A DNA stretch of 41,836 bases from an uncultured Candidatus Saccharibacteria bacterium (lineage in GTDB: Bacteria; Patescibacteriota; Minisyncoccia; Phycocordibacterales; DATDWN01), in NCBI GenBank assembly GCA_964608465.1, contig CAZSNI010000004.1, forward strand, positions 1 through 41,836, given 5' to 3'. The position numbers and the translations under genes are program-made. The notes beneath the pieces are model-generated. The model had not been told where the DNA came from. It made no database searches and saw nothing but the letters and a program-made list of their open reading frames with translations. Positions 37,590 through 41,836 of this stretch are shown one piece after another (positions within the stretch are counted from its first letter, which is position 1; each line of letters starts with the position of its first letter).

Positions 37590-38540
37590 ATGGCTTCTCT
37601 TAAACAACTAAAGCAACAGTTTCTGGAGTATATCGAGATTGAAAGAGGCCGATCCCTTAAAACTGTTGAAAATTACGACCACTACCTTAGTCGTTTTATG
37701 GATTTTACCAAAAATGACAACCCAGCAAACATAACAGATCAGTCGGTGCGAGAGTTCCGTTTATGGTTAAACAGACAAACTATTGGTGACAAGCGTAAAC
37801 CAAACGACACCTTGTCGAAAAAAACTCAGAACTACTATCTGATTGCCCTTCGTGCTTTCTTGAAATACCTAGCCCGCCAAGAAATAAAAACTTTGCCTGC
37901 AGAGAGGATTGAACTAGCAAAGGTAGGAGAAAGGTCTCTCGATCTTATCACCGACCTCGAACTCGGAAGACTTCTCGACTCCCCTAAGGGAACAGAACTC
38001 AAAGATTTGCGCGACAGAGCGATACTCGAGCTACTTTTTTCTACTGGTCTTCGTGTTTCTGAACTCTGTGCACTGACAGCAGATATAGATTTAAGTTCTG
38101 ATGAGCTTTCTGTGAGAGGAAAAGGAGGAAAAGTCAGAGTGGTTTTCCTTTCTGATACAGCTAAAAAGGCTGTGCGGGATTATCTGACAAAAAGAAAAGA
38201 CTTCAACGATGCGCTTTTTGTTCAGGTGGGCGTTGAGGTTAGAAAGAAAAAGGATGAAGAGAAAAAATCTAAAAACAAAAGTACTCTTGAAACAGGCGCT
38301 CTAACTAAAAGATCAGTAGAGAGAATTGTTAAACAGCATGCTATAAAGGCCGGAATTTCTAAAAAAGTTACTCCCCACACAATTCGCCACCTTTTTGCTA
38401 CAGGGCTTCTTTCAAATGGAGCAGACATACGTTCTGTCCAAGCGATGTTGGGACACTCTAGTATTATAACTACGCAAATCTATACCCATGTGACTGACAA
38501 GCACCTACGAGACACCCACAAAAAGTTTCATAAAAGATAG
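37590..38540 (+). CDS. XerC/XerD-family tyrosine recombinase
   Basis: All catalytic motifs present: GLRVSE, GKGGK, HTIRH, LGH, TQIYTH; N-terminal SAM-like domain; start placed at ATG 37590. Confidence 0.92.
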   Translation: MASLKQLKQQFLEYIEIERGRSLKTVENYDHYLSRFMDFTKNDNPANITDQSVREFRLWLNRQTIGDKRKPNDTLSKKTQNYYLIALRAFLKYLARQEIKTLPAERIELAKVGERSLDLITDLELGRLLDSPKGTELKDLRDRAILELLFSTGLRVSELCALTADIDLSSDELSVRGKGGKVRVVFLSDTAKKAVRDYLTKRKDFNDALFVQVGVEVRKKKDEEKKSKNKSTLETGALTKRSVERIVKQHAIKAGISKKVTPHTIRHLFATGLLSNGADIRSVQAMLGHSSIITTQIYTHVTDKHLRDTHKKFHKR

Positions 38541-38551
38541 TATTGAATTAC

Positions 38552-38623
38552 TTGACAATATATACATACTATGCTATAGTATACGTAGTAAGTTATGTTT
38601 GGCATTCCGCCAAGCACAGGAGG
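38552..38623 (+). promoter_or_regulatory. Near-consensus sigma70 promoter and strong SD of the high-GC gene
   Basis: TTGACA (38552-38557), 17 bp, TGc-TATAGT (38575-38580); AGGAGG at 38618-38623, 5 nt before ATG 38629. Confidence 0.85.
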
Positions 38624-38628
38624 TTCCA

Positions 38629-38904
38629 ATGCGCCACATCTGTCTCGATTGCCGCAAGTTCGTCTCGTTTGCCGACTCGATGCCTGCCGCGGGCCGCCCG
38701 GGTCGCGTCCACCGACCGAACCTCGGATGCCAGAAGAAGCACGCCGAAGCCGGTAAGGTCGTCACTCAGGTCCAGAAGCCCGTGGTCGTCGCCCTCAAGG
38801 TGCTCGACAACCAGTTCCACGGGAACTTCGGTCTCCGGCCGGGCCAGTTCAGGCTTCGTTCCGGCATGGTGGTGACTCCACCCGCTCGTCACACGTCGGC
38901 CTAG
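38629..38904 (+). CDS. High-GC 91-aa hypothetical protein with Cys/His motifs
   Basis: 74/91 codons end in G/C by manual count; AGGAGG SD; HICLDC...GCQKKH. Confidence 0.8.
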   Translation: MRHICLDCRKFVSFADSMPAAGRPGRVHRPNLGCQKKHAEAGKVVTQVQKPVVVALKVLDNQFHGNFGLRPGQFRLRSGMVVTPPARHTSA

Positions 38905-38925
38905 AAGGACGACGACACCGAGATC

Positions 38926-38967
38926 AGCTCGGCTCACATCAACTCGTTTGGTGAGAGTCGAGCTTTT
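38926..38967 (+). terminator. Intrinsic terminator of the high-GC unit
   Basis: AGCTCGGCTCAC...GTGAGAGTCGAGCT followed by a T-run. Confidence 0.7.
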
Positions 38968-38994
38968 CATTTACATAATTTTTTTATGTTAAAC
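38968..38994. other. dif-like Xer recombination site candidate (5-nt spacer)
   Basis: CATTTACATAA-TTTTT-TTATGTTAAAC; right arm is 10/11 identical to the E. coli XerD arm TTATGTTAAAT; also overlaps the xth -10 box. Confidence 0.35.
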
Positions 38995-39001
38995 TACTTT
39001 T

Positions 39002-39796
39002 ATGAAAATTATCTCTTGGAATGTAAATGGAATACGTGCGGTTCACAAGAAGGGTCTACTTGTGCCTTTTGTTGAAAAATACAAGCCAGACATTCTTTGC
39101 CTGCAAGAAACCAAGGCACAACAGGATCAAAGTGAGGTAGATTTACCTGATTACTCTGAGTATTGGAATTCTGCTGTGAAAAAGGGCTACAGTGGTACGG
39201 CTATTTTTACAAAAGAGGAACCAATATCTGTCGTACTAGATTTTCCTACTGATATTTTAAAAAAATACAAACTAGAGGATAAATACGGCGATCCAAACAC
39301 TGAAGGAAGAATAATAGTTGCGGAGTTTTCGGTTTTTTACCTTATAACTGTCTATACACCGAACTCAAAAGATGATTTGTCTCGAATTCCCCTAAGACAC
39401 AAGGGCTGGGACAAGGCATTTTTAGAATACGCACAAAAGCTTGAAAAGAAGAAACCAGTTATTTTTTGTGGGGATTTAAATGTTGCCCATACAGAGGACG
39501 ACCTGGCTCGCCCAAAGGAAAACGTTGGCAAAAAAGGTTTTACCTCTGAGGAACGTGAGGGAATTGATAACTTTATTAAAGCTGGTTTTGTAGATACATT
39601 TAGACTTTTCACAAAAGGAAATGGTTTTTACACTTGGTGGAGTAACTTTGGTGGTGCAAGAGAAAGAAATGTGGGTTGGAGAATAGATTATTTTTTTGTG
39701 AGTAATAAAATAAAAGAAAAAGTTAAACAAGCAAGAATTCATCCAGATATTTTAGGGTCGGATCACTGCCCTGTCTCTATAGAAATTGAAATCTAA
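39002..39796 (+). CDS. xth: Exodeoxyribonuclease III / AP endonuclease
   Basis: ISWNVNGIRA, LQETK, GDLNVAH, GWRIDYF, GSDHCPV. Confidence 0.95.
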   Translation: MKIISWNVNGIRAVHKKGLLVPFVEKYKPDILCLQETKAQQDQSEVDLPDYSEYWNSAVKKGYSGTAIFTKEEPISVVLDFPTDILKKYKLEDKYGDPNTEGRIIVAEFSVFYLITVYTPNSKDDLSRIPLRHKGWDKAFLEYAQKLEKKKPVIFCGDLNVAHTEDDLARPKENVGKKGFTSEEREGIDNFIKAGFVDTFRLFTKGNGFYTWWSNFGGARERNVGWRIDYFFVSNKIKEKVKQARIHPDILGSDHCPVSIEIEI

Positions 39797-39863
39797 TTTT
39801 AGTTTTCCACAGTTTTGTTTGATGTGTCCTTTACATTATTTTTTAAAAGACATAAACTAATTT

Positions 39864-40156
39864 CAGAACGTAGATTAGATGTCCGATATAATAAACCCTG
39901 TATCGGACTGACGTTCTGCAATTTGTTCTTTGTCGTGCGACCCATTTTGGGAGTCGGCCGACTCCCCTCTTAGAAGACTACTTGGTTTCCAATCAAGAAA
40001 TAGGTGTAAACGAACCCTCGCTATCTACTTATATCTTTGGAGTTCAGTTACAACATCTAGCTTCACGGATGCTGTGTAGGTCTTCTCTTCAAACCGCTCA
40101 ATGATGAGTATTCGTGCAAAGATAACGCACTAATATTGATTATTGGGCGGTTTTTT
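39864..40156 (+). ncRNA. Candidate ~290-nt structured non-coding RNA of unknown family
   Basis: TTTACA(39830-39835)-17-TAAACT(39853-39858) promoter points at the first base of a long hairpin; several helices; terminal hairpin plus T6; the one ATG I traced (39879) gives only 10 aa, and the track has no ORF starting before 40143. Confidence 0.55.
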
Positions 40157-40163
40157 AATTATA

Positions 40164-40280
40164 AAAGGCAAGATTCGGCCTATTTCTTCGTTGGAACTGC
40201 AAAATATTCGTCAATGTATTTCTACATACACCTCCTCATATTTTTTGTTCCGCCTTGAACTAGACTCAAATCCTGCCTTT
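40164..40280. ncRNA. Rod-like 117-nt hairpin with a central 17x17-nt bubble (6S-like or cca 3'-UTR structure)
   Basis: AAAGGCAAGATT/AATCCTGCCTTT, GGAAC/GTTCC, AAAATAT/ATATTTT and TGTAT/ATACA nested stems. Confidence 0.4.
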
Positions 40281-41749
40281 TATTTTACCTTGTGCGCAGA
40301 GCGAATTTTCTTTATTTCCTGCTCATCAGCCTCTTCTTTTGACATTTTCCCCTCCTCTCCCAGCGCTCTTAGTTCATTCTCAGGTAGATTAAATAGCTCT
40401 AAAGCTCTTTTCTCAAGATACTCCTCTGTATTTTTAGTAGGATCTTCCAAAACTTCCTCTAAAAGTGCATGCAAAGTAAAACCTATCTTAGGTCCTGGAG
40501 TAATTTTAGTAATTTCCATAATTTTTTTACCATCAATCTTTAACATTCCAACAGAAATCGGGTCCCGAAGAGCTTCTTCAATCATTGCGTGATATTTTCG
40601 GAGACGGTATGGGTCTTCTTTGGGTCTACCAGCCCCTATACGGTCGCATATGCGTAGATTCATGAGATCCCATATATTATCTCGTCCAACATTTACAATC
40701 ATTCTACGGACCGCTGAGAGGCTAATTTGCTCTGTGTCAGAAAAAAACATATGCCATCTAATCATTGATACAGTTTTTTCAATAATTTTTGTTGGATACT
40801 TTAATTTTTCAAGAATCTTTTTAGTTTTTCTTGCTCCAAGTACTTCGTGACCAAAAAAAGTCCATTGCTTATTCTTTCCCCCGCCCCTTCTAGTCTCTGG
40901 CTTAGAGATGTCATGAAAGAGTGCAGAAAGTCTTAGCTCTAGAGGGTACTCTTTATCTGCAGAGTGCTGTAATGACCTCAACAGATGTTCCCATACGTCA
41001 TAAGCATGTATACCTCCCTGCTCTACGCCTATAGCATCCTCTAGTTCTGGCACCACGTATTGCAAAACATTTAGTTTTTTCATGGTCAAAATCCCCTTCA
41101 TTGGGCTTTTTGACATAATTATTTTTGTAAACTCATCTCGAATTCTCTCTTTTGAGATATTTTCAAGTAAGTTAGCATTTTCTAGTATAGCCTTCTCTGT
41201 ATTTGGCTCGATATCAAACTCAAGTTCAGTACTTAGACGTATTGCTCTGAGAATTCTAAGGCCATCTTCTTTGAATCTGTGTTCCGCCTCCCCCACTGTT
41301 CTAACTATCTTGTCTTTTATATCCATCTTTCCATTGTAAAGGTCAATAACCTCATTCTTTAAGACAGAATATGCAAGACAGTTCATTGTGAAGTCTCTCC
41401 TTTTTAGGTCATCTTCAATTTTCTGGCTAAAAATAACAGTATCCGGGTGTCTATTGTCGGAATACTCCCCTTCTAGTCTATACGGGGTAACTTCAATAAC
41501 CTTTAGTGTCTCATTTTCTGACTCTATCTTTACTCCAACTGTTCCAAATGTATTTTCATAGAAAGAATCTGGAAAAAGTCTAGTTATTTTCTCAGGAGTC
41601 GCATTTGTCGTTACATCCCAGTCCTTAGGAGTTCTGTCTAATATCAGATCTCTAACACATCCTCCAACCAAAAAAGCCTCGAATCCCCCATCCTCGAGTG
41701 TTTCTATAACTTTTCTTACTTCATTTGGAATAGATAATTCTTTATTCAT
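40280..41749 (-). CDS. cca: CCA-adding enzyme / poly(A) polymerase family nucleotidyltransferase with HD domain
   Basis: LVGGCVRD, DWDVTT, RRDFTMN, EDGLRILRA, LFHDISKP. Confidence 0.88.
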   Translation of the reverse strand: MNKELSIPNEVRKVIETLEDGGFEAFLVGGCVRDLILDRTPKDWDVTTNATPEKITRLFPDSFYENTFGTVGVKIESENETLKVIEVTPYRLEGEYSDNRHPDTVIFSQKIEDDLKRRDFTMNCLAYSVLKNEVIDLYNGKMDIKDKIVRTVGEAEHRFKEDGLRILRAIRLSTELEFDIEPNTEKAILENANLLENISKERIRDEFTKIIMSKSPMKGILTMKKLNVLQYVVPELEDAIGVEQGGIHAYDVWEHLLRSLQHSADKEYPLELRLSALFHDISKPETRRGGGKNKQWTFFGHEVLGARKTKKILEKLKYPTKIIEKTVSMIRWHMFFSDTEQISLSAVRRMIVNVGRDNIWDLMNLRICDRIGAGRPKEDPYRLRKYHAMIEEALRDPISVGMLKIDGKKIMEITKITPGPKIGFTLHALLEEVLEDPTKNTEEYLEKRALELFNLPENELRALGEEGKMSKEEADEQEIKKIRSAHKVK

Positions 41750-41764
41750 TCGAATAAATTATTG

Positions 41765-41836
41765 TGCTCCCGGCAGGAATCGAACCCACATCCACGGTTC
41801 CGAAGACCGGTACTCTATCCATTGAGCTACGGGAGC
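41765..41836 (-). tRNA. tRNA-Arg (anticodon UCG), CCA end not encoded
   Basis: GCTCCCG/CGGGAGC acceptor stem, D-arm GCTC-AATGGATA-GAGT, anticodon loop CTTCGGA, T-loop GGTTCGATTCC; 3' flank reads A-CAA. Confidence 0.95.

Noticed and set aside
38593-38970. Alternative ORFs over the high-GC island (minus 125 aa, plus 38543-38875, minus 38574-38765)
   Set aside because: Only the frame starting at 38629 has the GC3 bias, SD, promoter and terminator; the others are high-GC shadows.
37590-38994. Integron (IntI + attC cassette)
   Set aside because: The recombinase lacks the IntI-specific insertion between catalytic boxes, and the hairpin at 38926-38964 lacks attC R/L box structure.
40218-40242. Minus-strand ATGAGGAGGTGTATGTAG mini-ORF (MRRCM) with an SD-like GGAGG
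   Set aside because: SD-to-ATG spacing is only 3 nt and ATG is followed directly by TAG; more simply part of the hairpin.
39864-40280. Assignment as tmRNA, RNase P RNA, SRP RNA or group I/II intron
   Set aside because: No tRNA-like ends or Ala-ending tag, no GAGGAAAGUCC P4 motif, no SRP helix-8 motif; fragments resembling intron motifs (AAGATAT, GTCGCACG) are in the wrong order or context.
1-41836. Genetic code 25/4 (UGA recoded)
   Set aside because: All recognisable genes are full length under code 11 and none is interrupted by TGA; only avoidance of TGA is supported.

Overview
AT-rich bacterial chromosomal segment spanning the replication origin. Gene order and protein families (dnaA-dnaN with divergent rpmH-rnpA-yidC, solo gatB, PrgI/VirB4/pilin cluster, giant TATSTF-repeat surface protein) suggest a Patescibacteria (CPR, Parcubacteria-like) genome; this is inference, not a database result. 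Left to right: (1) the 5' 870 codons of a giant minus-strand gene missed by the ORF track, encoding an excisionase-like HTH, a TM helix and a phage-tail-fibre-like Thr/Gly/Ser repeat region, next to two small solo HTH genes and a shared 10-bp-period direct repeat; (2) gatB, obgE, tyrS, class A PBP; (3) dnaN/dnaA with DnaA-box clusters (oriC), rpmH, rnpA, yidC; (4) a ~13 kb, 11-gene T4SS-like cluster (split VirB4, PrgI, VirB6-like, pilin-Zn-hydrolase fusion, adhesin-like proteins) with no relaxase or coupling protein in the window; (5) UbiA-family protein, rsmA, uvrD/pcrA, LysM-M23, comM, DksA/TraR-like, NYN, rpsO, Xer recombinase; (6) a self-contained high-GC 91-aa gene with its own promoter, SD and terminator, ending at a dif-like site; (7) xth, a ~480-bp structured non-coding region with a candidate ~290-nt ncRNA, a CCA-adding enzyme and tRNA-Arg(UCG). 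Two window-wide patterns: about 17 genes have a TAnnnT box 6-9 nt before ATG and no SD (leaderless-type), and none of 37 complete genes ends in TGA (24 TAA, 13 TAG).
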